Notes: generated by a model from the letters alone, not told the origin. 46,210 nucleotides of DNA from an uncultured Actinomycetes bacterium (GCA_964640965.1 CAZXJB010000002.1:1-46210); one strand, 5' to 3'. Positions 25,085-33,470 are shown, numbered from the stretch's first letter. Translations and numbers: made by a program.

Positions 25085-25651
25085 GTGGAGCGGCTCCGTG
25101 CGGAGCTCCGCCGCCTGACCGAGGAGATCGGGTTCCTCCGCCTGCAGCTCGACACGCTCACGACGATCGACCCGACGACCGGCCTCCTCAACCGGAACGG
25201 CTTCGTCGAGGCCATCGAGATGGCGCTGCAGCGCCTCGACCGTCTCGCGGAGCCCTTCGCGCTCACCGGTGTGTACCTGCCCGGGCTGCCCGAGCTCATG
25301 GCCCCCGACCCCGACCGGGCTCCCGAGGTGCTCCGCCACGTGGCCGCGCTGCTCGCGGCCTGCGTCCGCAGCCTCGACCGGGTGGCGCGCCTGGACGAGC
25401 GCACGTTCGCCGTGATCGCCCCGACGGTCTCGCGCCGCGACCACCTCGTGCAGCTGAACCGTATCCGGAGCGTGCTCACGGCCGCGGCGGTGGTCCCCGA
25501 AGAGCTCGGCGACCGCGAGCTCGACGTGCGCTTCGCGGTGGTGGTCGTCGAGGCCGTCGGCGAGCACGGCCCCGAGGACGTGCTCCAGGCGCTCATCGAG
25601 GCGCTGCGACGGGCCCGACCCGACCGCCCCGAGCTCGTGCTCAGGCCGTGA
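25085..25651 (+). CDS. coiled-coil + degenerate GGDEF domain protein (active site DERTF, I-site RSLD retained)
   Basis: DPTTGLLNRNGFVEAIEMAL...VLRHVAALLAACVRSLDRVARLDERTFAVIAP aligns position-for-position with the PleD-type VLREVARRL..VRAIDLPCRYGGEEFVVIMP (recalled from memory). GTG 25085 (GAAGG SD, and GC3 rises here) is preferred; GTG 24992 is possible. The 3' end overlaps the fliH 3' end by 11 nt (convergent). Confidence 0.7.
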   Translation: MERLRAELRRLTEEIGFLRLQLDTLTTIDPTTGLLNRNGFVEAIEMALQRLDRLAEPFALTGVYLPGLPELMAPDPDRAPEVLRHVAALLAACVRSLDRVARLDERTFAVIAPTVSRRDHLVQLNRIRSVLTAAAVVPEELGDRELDVRFAVVVVEAVGEHGPEDVLQALIEALRRARPDRPELVLRP

Positions 25652-26225
25652 GGCCCCCACCCGAGGCCCCGAGGACCTCGCCGATCGCCTGGCACGCCGC
25701 GTCGTAGGTGAGGTCCGCGGAGGACCAGGGGCCGCGGAGCCGGGCCTCCCCCGGCGCGAGCGACGCGTCGCCCCGGAGCGTGACCGTCGCCGGATCCAGG
25801 GCCTCCCGCAGCGCGGGCACGTGGTCGGGATGTACGGTGAGCTCGAGCGGCGCGTCGTCGATCGCCTCGAGGGCCTGGCGCACGCGCGCGAGCACCGTCG
25901 AGGCCTCCACCGGCTCGCGCCCGAGGACGTGCCGGACGATCCGGAGGGCGAGGTCCACCACGCGCCCGGCCTCCTCGACGCGCCACCGCCGGAGCGTCTC
26001 GATGCCTTCCTCGAGCCCCGCCCGGACCTCCGCGAGGAGCTGCACCGCGGCGTCGGCGGCCGCCGCCCGACCCTCCTCGAACCCGGCGGCACGCCCGCGC
26101 TCGAACGCGTCTCGACGCTCGGCCTCGAGCAGGGCGACGAGCTCGGCCGGCAGGGCGTTCGGCGAGGGCACGTCCACCCGCCGCGGGTGCGCGACCACGC
26201 TCGGACGTCGGAGCACGCTACTCAA
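25641..26225 (-). CDS. fliH: flagellar assembly protein FliH
   Basis: Located after fliG. Central Ala/Glu-rich helix ERRDAFERGRAAGFEEGRAAAADAA. C-terminal domain LELTVHPDHVPALREAL...VTLRGDASLAPGEARLRG. Confidence 0.8.
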   Translation of the reverse strand: MSSVLRRPSVVAHPRRVDVPSPNALPAELVALLEAERRDAFERGRAAGFEEGRAAAADAAVQLLAEVRAGLEEGIETLRRWRVEEAGRVVDLALRIVRHVLGREPVEASTVLARVRQALEAIDDAPLELTVHPDHVPALREALDPATVTLRGDASLAPGEARLRGPWSSADLTYDAACQAIGEVLGASGGGLTA

Positions 26226-27246
26226 CGAGCGCCCCCTCGCCGTCGTGGCGCATGACGATCTTCCCCTCCTCGTCCAGGCGGCGAATCACCGCGACGATCT
26301 TGCTCTGCGCCTCCTCGACGTCCCGGACCCGCACGGCCCCCAGGGCCTCGACCTCCTCGAGCAGGGTCTGGCGGGCGCGCTCGGAGAGGTTCCGCAGGAC
26401 GACCTCGCGGACCTCCTCGCTCACCCCCTTCATCGCGAGCGCCAGCACCTGAGGCTCGACGCTCCGCAGGATCTCCTGGATGTCACGGTCCCGGAGCTGC
26501 ACGATGTCCTCGAACAGGAACATGAGGGACCGGACCTGGTCGGCGAGCTCGGGCGAGTAGCTCTCCAGGCCGGAGAGGATCGCGCGCTCGGTCGCGCGGT
26601 CCGCGCTGTTCAGGATGTTCGCGAGCTCCTTCACCCCGCCGCGCTGCGTGAGCTCGGTCTGCGTGCCCGTGCGGCCGAGCTGGGCCCGGAGCGACTCCTC
26701 CGCGCGGCGGATCAGCTCCGTCGGAACGCGCTCCATCCGCGCGATCCGGACCGCGACGTCCGCGCGCAGAGCGGGCTCCAGCCCCGACAAGACCGTCGCC
26801 GCGTGCATGGGCGGCAGGTGCGCGAGGACGACGGCGATCGTCTGGGGGTGCTCCCCCTGCAGGTACTGGACGAGCTCGCCCGGCTCCACCTCGAGGAGGA
26901 AGCTGAACGGGGTCGCCAGGGAGGCGCTCACGATCCGCTCGATGATCTCGTCGGCGCGTCCCCCCTTCCAGGTCGACAGCAGCTCCTTCGCGTACTCCAC
27001 GCCGCCGCGGAGCACCGCCTCGCGCGCGGCGGTCTCCCCTTGGAGCTCCTCGAGCACCTCGTGGAGGACCTCGGACGGCAGATGTCGGAGGTTGGCGATC
27101 TCGGCCGCCAGGGCCTCGATCTCCTCCTCGGTCAGGTACTCGAGCAGCTTCGAGGCCTCACGGGTCCCGATCGCGACGACGAGGGCCGCCGCCTTCTGCG
27201 GCGGCGCGAGGTTCCCCCGTCGGATGTCGAGCTGGTTCGTCATCAC
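26218..27246 (-). CDS. fliG: flagellar motor switch protein FliG
   Basis: PPQKAAALVVAIGTREASKLLEYLTEEEIEALAAEIANL...ERVPTELIRRAE...MFLFEDIVQLRDRDIQEILR...VSEEVREVVLRNLSERA. Confidence 0.93.
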   Translation of the reverse strand: MMTNQLDIRRGNLAPPQKAAALVVAIGTREASKLLEYLTEEEIEALAAEIANLRHLPSEVLHEVLEELQGETAAREAVLRGGVEYAKELLSTWKGGRADEIIERIVSASLATPFSFLLEVEPGELVQYLQGEHPQTIAVVLAHLPPMHAATVLSGLEPALRADVAVRIARMERVPTELIRRAEESLRAQLGRTGTQTELTQRGGVKELANILNSADRATERAILSGLESYSPELADQVRSLMFLFEDIVQLRDRDIQEILRSVEPQVLALAMKGVSEEVREVVLRNLSERARQTLLEEVEALGAVRVRDVEEAQSKIVAVIRRLDEEGKIVMRHDGEGALVE

Positions 27247-28731
27247 CTACCGCCTCCGATCCGCCAGCCACGAGCGCAGCAGGGTGGCGATCTCCTCGGG
27301 CTGGCGCTGCACGAGCTCCATCACGTCCGTGGTCGCGGGCCGTGCCGCGAGCGGTGGGGCCGCCGCGGGCCCTTGCTGCGAGGCGGGCAGCTGCTCGGGC
27401 TGGATGAAGGCGAGCTCCGGCGGGGGCTCCGCACGGCGCCGGCCGCGTGAGCGGAGCATCATGAGGAACAGGGCGGCGCCGACGAGCAGGACGACGAGTC
27501 CCCCCGCGAGCCGAGGGGCCTTTGCCAGGAGCCCCGGGGCGGCGGCCTCCTTCCTCGGCTCGGGCTTCGGGAAGGGCATCTGGGTCACCTCGATCGTGTC
27601 GCCCCGGGCCGGATCCAAACCCAGGGCGGCCGAGACCACGGCTCGCACCTGCCCGGGGTCGGCCGGGGTGATGCCCGTGTTGTCGCCGTTGTCCATGACG
27701 ACGGCCACCGACAGGCGCTCGACGTCGCCCGGGGCCTGCACCGTGGTCGTCGCCTCGCGGCTGACCGCGAAGGTCTGGCGCTCCTCCGTCCGCTCGTAGC
27801 TCACGTTCGAGCCCGGCGGCACCGCCCCCGTATCCGCCCCCCCTTGGTCGAGGACCTCGCGGGTGGAGGACGAGTCGATCGGGACGGCGGTCCCCGGATC
27901 CACGGTCTCGGTCTCCGTGGAGGTCTGGTCGAAGTTCAGCTGGGCGCGGACCACCACGGACGCGGTCTGTCCGCCGGGCACGCTCGCGAGCAGCCGCTGG
28001 ACGTCGGCGGCGAGGGCCCGCTCGTACTCGCGCGTGAGCTCCAGGGTCCGGCCGCCCGTGAAGCCGAGGGGATCGTCCCCCGGAGCGGCCAGGACCGTCC
28101 CACCGGTGTCCGCGACGGTCACGGCCTCCGGCGTGAGCCCGGGGACGGCGTTCGCGACCAGGAAGACGATGGAGCGGACCTGCTGCTCGCTGAGCGGCGC
28201 CGCTGGATCGACGAGGACCGAGGCCGTGACGTCCGGCCGGCCCTGCTCGAACGGCGACCGCTCGGGGATCGCGAGGCGCACGCTCGCGCCCGCGATCCCG
28301 TCCATCTCCATCAGCGTGCGCGCGAGCTCCCCCTCGAGCGCCCGCTGGTAGTCCACGCGCTGCTGGAAGTCCGTCGCGCCCAAGCCCTGCTCGTCGAACA
28401 GCTCGTAGCCCGGCGGGAGGGTCTGCCCGGAGACCCCGGCCTCGGCGAGCGAGGCCCGGACCCGGTAGACCTGGTCCTGGGGGACCATCACGCGGGAGCC
28501 ACCGCCCTCGATGCGGTACGGCACCCCCTGCGCGTCGAGCTCTTGCACGACCTGCGCGAGCCCCTGGTCGTCGAGGTTCGCGTACAGCAGCGCGTAGCTC
28601 GGGGTCGTGAGCCAGCGCACGAACGCCACGGCGGCGAGCGCCAGGACGATCAGGCACACGACGATGCCGACCTGCTGCGCCGGCGTGGTCATCGCGAGGA
28701 AGCCGCGGATCCTGTGCTTCAGCTGCTCCAT
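27247..28731 (-). CDS. fliF: flagellar M-ring protein FliF
   Basis: N-terminal TM VGIVVCLIVLALAAVAFV, then YALLYANLDDQGLAQVVQELDAQGVPYRIEGGGSRVMVPQDQVYRVRASLAEAG, and a C-terminal TM plus the FliG-binding tail. Confidence 0.92.
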   Translation of the reverse strand: MEQLKHRIRGFLAMTTPAQQVGIVVCLIVLALAAVAFVRWLTTPSYALLYANLDDQGLAQVVQELDAQGVPYRIEGGGSRVMVPQDQVYRVRASLAEAGVSGQTLPPGYELFDEQGLGATDFQQRVDYQRALEGELARTLMEMDGIAGASVRLAIPERSPFEQGRPDVTASVLVDPAAPLSEQQVRSIVFLVANAVPGLTPEAVTVADTGGTVLAAPGDDPLGFTGGRTLELTREYERALAADVQRLLASVPGGQTASVVVRAQLNFDQTSTETETVDPGTAVPIDSSSTREVLDQGGADTGAVPPGSNVSYERTEERQTFAVSREATTTVQAPGDVERLSVAVVMDNGDNTGITPADPGQVRAVVSAALGLDPARGDTIEVTQMPFPKPEPRKEAAAPGLLAKAPRLAGGLVVLLVGAALFLMMLRSRGRRRAEPPPELAFIQPEQLPASQQGPAAAPPLAARPATTDVMELVQRQPEEIATLLRSWLADRRR

Positions 28732-28840
28732 CCCACCTCACCGGTCGTCGCCGCCGCGCCGGAGGCGCGGGCTCGGTCCCGCCGGCCCTCCGCCGGCGCG
28801 GCGCCGTCCCTGGCGAGGTCCCCGATCCTTCCCCTGCTCC

Positions 28841-28868
28841 CGGTCGGCGGGCGCGCGGGCCGCTTAAA
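28841..28868 (-). promoter_or_regulatory. sigma-28-type promoter candidate for fliF-fliG-fliH
   Basis: The minus strand reads TTTAAG-N14-GCCGACCG, about 110 nt upstream of the fliF ATG. Confidence 0.55.
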
Positions 28869-28927
28869 CGCCTCGCCGTTGGATCGCTCGTGCGGGAACC
28901 GAGCGGCCGACCGGGAGGATCGTCTGG

Positions 28928-29215
28928 TCAGCGCGGGGCGGACAGGTAGCCGCGGGCCGCGCGACGCGCGTCCCGCCCGGTCCGCAGCTCCGCGGCGGTC
29001 TCTCGCAGCGCCGCGAGGATCCGCGCGCGGCACGCCTCCGCCCGGGCGAGCAGGCGTTCGAGCCGTTCGGCGTCACGGGGGCCGAGTCCGGACGGGGGCT
29101 CGGACGGGGGCGTCCAGGTCGGCACGTCGTCCCAGGCTCCCGTCTCCAGGGCGCGCTCGATCGCGGACAGGCGGGCCTCGAACCCGTCCAGGGCGGCGGA
29201 GAAGGACCGGCTCAT
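28928..29215 (-). CDS. small helical hypothetical protein in the fliT position (95 aa)
   Basis: The ATG overlaps the fliD stop (ATGA). MSRSFSAALDGFEARLSAIERALE...AERLERLLARAEACRARILAAL. No family recognised; not FlgM-like. Confidence 0.5.
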   Translation of the reverse strand: MSRSFSAALDGFEARLSAIERALETGAWDDVPTWTPPSEPPSGLGPRDAERLERLLARAEACRARILAALRETAAELRTGRDARRAARGYLSAPR

Positions 29216-31110
29216 GACCCACCTCCGGTGAGGCTCGCGAGCTGGGCCGCAAGCCAGTTCCCCTGGGCCGCGAGCCCCGACAGCGCGGTCTCCATCGCCG
29301 CGAAGCGTCGCCGGAGCTCGGCCTCGCGGAGCTCCAGTCGGCGCTCGAAGGCCTCGATCTGATCGTCGATCAGGGTGACCTGGGAGCGCCATCGCTCGGA
29401 CGCGAGGCTCACGAGACCGTCGACGCCTTCGGTGGCGGAGAGCACACGCGAGAGCCGACCCACGAACCCTTCCGTGTACACGAGGGTCCCGAGGGCGAGC
29501 GACCCCCCCGCGGCCGCGACCTCGTCGGGGGTCGCGGTCACCCGGACCTGCAGGCCCGCGGCATCACCGCTGGAAGCGGTGAGCACGAGCCCGGCGCCCT
29601 GGGCCGCCGTCCCCCCGATCGTGCCCGCCGCATCGACCCCGGTGAAGGTCCCGTTCAGACCGAACGCGTCGGCGCCGGACACGGTGAAGCTCACCGCCGA
29701 CCCGTAGCGGGTCCCCGCCAGGCGGATCGCGCCGGAGCCCGGATCGGAGGCGACGACGGTGGTGATCCCCGCCGCCTCCAACGCGTCGTTGATCGCCCCG
29801 AGAGCCTGCTCGAGCGTGCTCCCGGCGGTGACGGTCACCGTCGCGACACGGGATCCCACCGTCACCGTGAAGGTCTCGTCGACCGCGGGCGCGGCGTAGA
29901 CGCTCCCGACGACCTCGGGAGCCTCCGCGGCCTGGGTGAGGACGATCGCGTACGTGCCGGGCCGCGTGGCATCGGTCGCGTAGGCGAACGAAGCGCGCAC
30001 GTCGCTCGCGGTCCCGGTCCTCGCGAGGACACCCACCACCGATCCGAAGTCCCGCCGCAGCGCCTCGCGCAAGGCCGACCCGTTCACCGCGAAGGTCCCA
30101 TCCCGCGAGAGCGTGATGCCGATGGAGGACGCCGACGTGAAGGCACCGCCGAGCCCAGAGACCCGGTCCGAGACGGCCGACCGCAGGTCCATGAGCAGGC
30201 GCCAGGCGGCGGGGTCCCCCTGGAGCGTCCCGGCCCGCTTGCTCTCGGGGTCGTAGCGGGTGAGGTCCTGCAGGGTGGTGATCGCGCGGTTGACCTCCTG
30301 GATGAGGCCCTCCGCCGCGGCGGCCACGCCCTCGACGTCCCGCTCGACCGAGACGGTCACCGGGGCGGCGCTCGTCGCCTTCAGGGTGAGCTTCACCCCC
30401 GCGAGCAGGTCCTCGATCGTGTTCGACGGGCGGGTCACGGTGAGCGCGCCGGCCCCGCTCCCGACCGTGAGCTGGGCGTCCACGCCCTGCTCGACGACGT
30501 CAAAGGTCGCGAGCCCGGTCTGGGTCCCCGAGACCGTGAACGCCGCGTCCGCGCCGCTGTCCTCCGCCGCGAGGAGGAGCCGGTAGCTCGTCCCGTCCAC
30601 CGAGACCACGGTGGCGCGGACGCCGGCGTCCAGGGCGTTGATCTCGTCCGCGAGCTGCTGGAGGGTCGTCGAGCCCGTCGTCGTGACCACGTGGCTCGCC
30701 GTCCCTCGGGTGATCGTGAGGGTCCCAGCGCCGACCGCGGCCCCCGGCCCCGAGAAGGATCCCGCGCTCGCCACCTGGTGGCGCGTGGCCAGCCGGTCGA
30801 CCGTGAAGGACAGGCCCGCGGGGGTGACCTCCCCCGTCACCTCGGCCTGGACCACGGATGCGTCGCTCGAGGAGGCCGTGCCGAACGCCCGGAGATCCGA
30901 CGCCTGCTTCAGACGATCCACCGCTGCCCGGATCGCCGCGAGCCGCGTCTTCACCGTCCCCCAGGCGTCGATCTTGGCCCGGTACGCGGCCTGGCGGGTC
31001 TGGAGCCGGACGATCGGCGCCCGCTCGAGCTGCATGAGCTGGCGCACGATGCCGTCGGTGTCCAGGCCCGAGACGAGACCTCCCACGGAGAACAGCGGCG
31101 TCGCCATCAT
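29212..31110 (-). CDS. fliD: flagellar filament cap protein FliD
   Basis: FSVGGLVSGLDTDGIVRQLMQLERAPIVRLQTRQAAYRAKIDAWGTVKTRL at the N-terminus and RRLELREAELRRRFAAMETALSGLAAQGNWL at the C-terminus. Confidence 0.9.
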   Translation of the reverse strand: MMATPLFSVGGLVSGLDTDGIVRQLMQLERAPIVRLQTRQAAYRAKIDAWGTVKTRLAAIRAAVDRLKQASDLRAFGTASSSDASVVQAEVTGEVTPAGLSFTVDRLATRHQVASAGSFSGPGAAVGAGTLTITRGTASHVVTTTGSTTLQQLADEINALDAGVRATVVSVDGTSYRLLLAAEDSGADAAFTVSGTQTGLATFDVVEQGVDAQLTVGSGAGALTVTRPSNTIEDLLAGVKLTLKATSAAPVTVSVERDVEGVAAAAEGLIQEVNRAITTLQDLTRYDPESKRAGTLQGDPAAWRLLMDLRSAVSDRVSGLGGAFTSASSIGITLSRDGTFAVNGSALREALRRDFGSVVGVLARTGTASDVRASFAYATDATRPGTYAIVLTQAAEAPEVVGSVYAAPAVDETFTVTVGSRVATVTVTAGSTLEQALGAINDALEAAGITTVVASDPGSGAIRLAGTRYGSAVSFTVSGADAFGLNGTFTGVDAAGTIGGTAAQGAGLVLTASSGDAAGLQVRVTATPDEVAAAGGSLALGTLVYTEGFVGRLSRVLSATEGVDGLVSLASERWRSQVTLIDDQIEAFERRLELREAELRRRFAAMETALSGLAAQGNWLAAQLASLTGGGS

Positions 31111-31143
31111 CCCCTCCTCACGGGCGCATCCTCACGGACGCGG

Positions 31144-31171
31144 GGGGTGGCGCCCGGACGGACGCCACCCC
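31144..31171 (-). terminator. hairpin downstream of fliC copy 1 (GGGGTGGCG-10 nt-CGCCACCCC)
   Basis: 9-bp GC stem 28 nt after the fliC stop. No U-tract. It is followed by the SD GGAGGGG and the ATGATG start of fliD. Confidence 0.45.
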
Positions 31172-31198
31172 ACCGATCGTCGCGGTCCGGTCCCACGG

Positions 31199-32029
31199 CT
31201 ACCGCAGCAGCTGGAGGACGGACTGCGGGACCACGTTGGCCTGCGCGAGCATCGCCGTGCCGGCCTGGAGCATGATCTGGTGGCGGGTGAAGCTCGCCAT
31301 CTCCAGGGCCATGTCCGTGTCGCGGATCCGCGACTCGGAGGCCGAGAGGTTCTCCAGGGCGACGTTGAGGTTGGCGATCACGTGCTCGAGCCGGTTCTGG
31401 GTGGCCCCGAGGGTCGCCCGCACGCTCGAGACGTCGGCGATCGCGGTGTCCAGGGTCGAGATCGCCGTCTCGGCGTCGGTCGTGACGTCCACGCCGGTGA
31501 GGTCCACCGAGAAGATCCCGGCCGCCCCGGTCGTGTCGATCTGCAGGTCGTCCGCGATCACGAGCTGGTGGTTGGCGCCCGAGCCCGGCCCGACGTGGAA
31601 CACGAGGTTCGTGCTCGAGTAGTCCTGGAACACCGCCGAGCCCGCGAAGGTCGTGCGGGCCCCGATCGCCGAGAGCTCGGTGACGAGCTCGTCGATCTCG
31701 GCCTGCTGGGCCGTCCCGTCGGTGGTGGCGGTGTTGGCCGCCGAGACCGCGAGGTCGCGCATCCGCTGCAGGATCGCGTGGACCTCGTTCAGCGCGCCCT
31801 CGGCCGTCTGGACGAAGCTGATGCCGTCCTGGGCGTTCTGGACCGCCTGGCGGGTGCCGCCGATCTCGGCCCGCAGGCTCTCGGACTTGACCAGGCCGGC
31901 CGCGTCGTCGGCCGCCCGGTTGATCCGGAAGCCGCTCGACAGCTTCTCCAGGGACTTGGAGAGCTGCGTGGTCGTCACGGCGAGGTTGCGGTACGCGTTG
32001 AACGCCGCGACGTTCTGGTTGATGCGCAT
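31199..32029 (-). CDS. fliC: flagellin, copy 1
   Basis: MRINQNVAAFNAYRNLAVTTTQLSKSLEKLSSGFRINRAADDAAGL ... ASFTRHQIMLQAGTAMLAQANVVPQSVLQLLR. Confidence 0.95.
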   Translation of the reverse strand: MRINQNVAAFNAYRNLAVTTTQLSKSLEKLSSGFRINRAADDAAGLVKSESLRAEIGGTRQAVQNAQDGISFVQTAEGALNEVHAILQRMRDLAVSAANTATTDGTAQQAEIDELVTELSAIGARTTFAGSAVFQDYSSTNLVFHVGPGSGANHQLVIADDLQIDTTGAAGIFSVDLTGVDVTTDAETAISTLDTAIADVSSVRATLGATQNRLEHVIANLNVALENLSASESRIRDTDMALEMASFTRHQIMLQAGTAMLAQANVVPQSVLQLLR

Positions 32030-32033
32030 CTCC

Positions 32034-32042
32034 CACCTCCTT
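32034..32042 (-). promoter_or_regulatory. fliC Shine-Dalgarno AAGGAGGTG (candidate CsrA site 2)
   Basis: The minus strand reads ACAAGGAGGTGGGAG-ATG, so a GGA motif lies within the SD. Confidence 0.6.
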
Positions 32043-32059
32043 GTCGCATCGGCGCATCA

Positions 32060-32075
32060 CCGACCTCCGTGTCGG
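32060..32075 (-). promoter_or_regulatory. 5'-leader hairpin CCGAC-ACGGAG-GTCGG (candidate CsrA site 1), fliC copy 1
   Basis: GGA is presented in a 6-nt loop on a 5-bp stem, starting about 9 nt downstream of the -10-like box. Confidence 0.5.
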
Positions 32076-32083
32076 CAGGTGGC

Positions 32084-32111
32084 CCGTCGGCGGGGGTCGG
32101 TGGGGGTTAAG
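32084..32111 (-). promoter_or_regulatory. sigma-28-type promoter candidate, fliC copy 1
   Basis: The minus strand reads CTTAAC-N14-GCCGACGG, 55 nt upstream of the fliC ATG. Confidence 0.65.
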
Positions 32112-32114
32112 GGG

Positions 32115-32138
32115 GGTGAAGGCCGGAGGCGCTTCACC
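32115..32138 (-). terminator. hairpin GGTGAAG-10 nt-CTTCACC immediately after the fliS stop
   Basis: 7-bp stem 9 nt downstream of the fliS TGA. The same sequence recurs at 33556-33579. Confidence 0.4.
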
Positions 32139-32146
32139 GGCGAGGT

Positions 32147-32551
32147 TCAGCCCGTCGCGGCACGCCCGAACGCGCCTGAGACCACCGCGTGGTCCCAGGC
32201 CTCGCGGAGCTCTCCGAGGACCTGGAGCACGGGCTCCAGGGGCTCGGGGTCCTTGGCCACGTTGGCCTCGATCAGGCGCTCGAGGCAGAAGGCGTACAGC
32301 GAGGCCAGGTTCGCCGCGACCGTCCCGCCGCGCTCCAGATCCAGGGCCATGCGCAGCTCGAGCACGATGCTCTGGGCCCGCACGAGCTCCCGATGGGCCC
32401 CCTCCAGGTCGCGCCCGTCGCCGAGCGCCTCCCAGGCTCGTGCCGTCGCGGTCACGGCGCCGTCGTACAGGGCGAGCACGAGCCGCTCCGGGCTCGCCGT
32501 CTCGATGGCGCTCTTCAGGTAGGTGTCGGGGTAGCTGCCGGGTCCCATCAT
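32147..32551 (-). CDS. fliS: flagellin-specific chaperone FliS
   Basis: YLKSAIETASPERLVLALYDGAVTATARAWEAL...AQSIVLELRMALDLERGG.VAANLASLYAFCLERL. Confidence 0.9.
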   Translation of the reverse strand: MMGPGSYPDTYLKSAIETASPERLVLALYDGAVTATARAWEALGDGRDLEGAHRELVRAQSIVLELRMALDLERGGTVAANLASLYAFCLERLIEANVAKDPEPLEPVLQVLGELREAWDHAVVSGAFGRAATG

Positions 32552-32584
32552 CCCCTCCTCACGGGCGCATCCTCACGGACGCGG

Positions 32585-32612
32585 GGGGTGGCGCCCGGAC
32601 GGACGCCACCCC
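32585..32612 (-). terminator. hairpin downstream of fliC copy 2
   Basis: Same sequence as 31144-31171, inside the repeat. Confidence 0.45.
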
Positions 32613-32639
32613 ACCGATCGTCGCGGTCCGGTCCCACGG

Positions 32640-33470
32640 CTACCGCAGCAGCTGGAGGACGGACTGCGGGACCACGTTGGCCTGCGCGAGCATCGCCGTG
32701 CCGGCCTGGAGCATGATCTGGTGGCGGGTGAAGCTCGCCATCTCCAGGGCCATGTCCGTGTCGCGGATCCGCGACTCGGAGGCCGAGAGGTTCTCCAGGG
32801 CGACGTTGAGGTTGGCGATCACGTGCTCGAGCCGGTTCTGGGTGGCCCCGAGGGTCGCCCGCACGCTCGAGACGTCGGCGATCGCGGTGTCCAGGGTCGA
32901 GATCGCCGTCTCGGCGTCGGTCGTGACGTCCACGCCGGTGAGGTCCACCGAGAAGATCCCGGCCGCCCCGGTCGTGTCGATCTGCAGGTCGTCCGCGATC
33001 ACGAGCTGGTGGTTGGCGCCCGAGCCCGGCCCGACGTGGAACACGAGGTTCGTGCTCGAGTAGTCCTGGAACACCGCCGAGCCCGCGAAGGTCGTGCGGG
33101 CCCCGATCGCCGAGAGCTCGGTGACGAGCTCGTCGATCTCGGCCTGCTGGGCCGTCCCGTCGGTGGTGGCGGTGTTGGCCGCCGAGACCGCGAGGTCGCG
33201 CATCCGCTGCAGGATCGCGTGGACCTCGTTCAGCGCGCCCTCGGCCGTCTGGACGAAGCTGATGCCGTCCTGGGCGTTCTGGACCGCCTGGCGGGTGCCG
33301 CCGATCTCGGCCCGCAGGCTCTCGGACTTGACCAGGCCGGCCGCGTCGTCGGCCGCCCGGTTGATCCGGAAGCCGCTCGACAGCTTCTCCAGGGACTTGG
33401 AGAGCTGCGTGGTCGTCACGGCGAGGTTGCGGTACGCGTTGAACGCCGCGACGTTCTGGTTGATGCGCAT
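32640..33470 (-). CDS. fliC: flagellin, copy 2 (identical protein)
   Basis: The 276-aa translation is identical to 31199..32029. Confidence 0.95.
   Translation of the reverse strand: MRINQNVAAFNAYRNLAVTTTQLSKSLEKLSSGFRINRAADDAAGLVKSESLRAEIGGTRQAVQNAQDGISFVQTAEGALNEVHAILQRMRDLAVSAANTATTDGTAQQAEIDELVTELSAIGARTTFAGSAVFQDYSSTNLVFHVGPGSGANHQLVIADDLQIDTTGAAGIFSVDLTGVDVTTDAETAISTLDTAIADVSSVRATLGATQNRLEHVIANLNVALENLSASESRIRDTDMALEMASFTRHQIMLQAGTAMLAQANVVPQSVLQLLR

Larger units (their letters stand above)
31104..32148 (-). repeat. 1045-bp direct repeat, copy 1 (fliC cassette: promoter, leader, CDS, terminator hairpin, SD and the first 7 nt of the next gene)
   Basis: Identical to 32545..33589 (offset 1441) wherever I compared the printed lines. 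The track proteins 31199..32029 and 32640..33470 are identical. Confidence 0.93.

Noticed and set aside
28928-29215. Considered whether the 95-aa ORF after fliD is the missing anti-sigma factor FlgM.
   Set aside because: No FlgM-like C-terminal sigma-28-binding helices that I can recognise. Its position, ATGA-coupled after fliD, fits a FliT-type chaperone better. Kept as hypothetical. flgM is simply not identified in this window.
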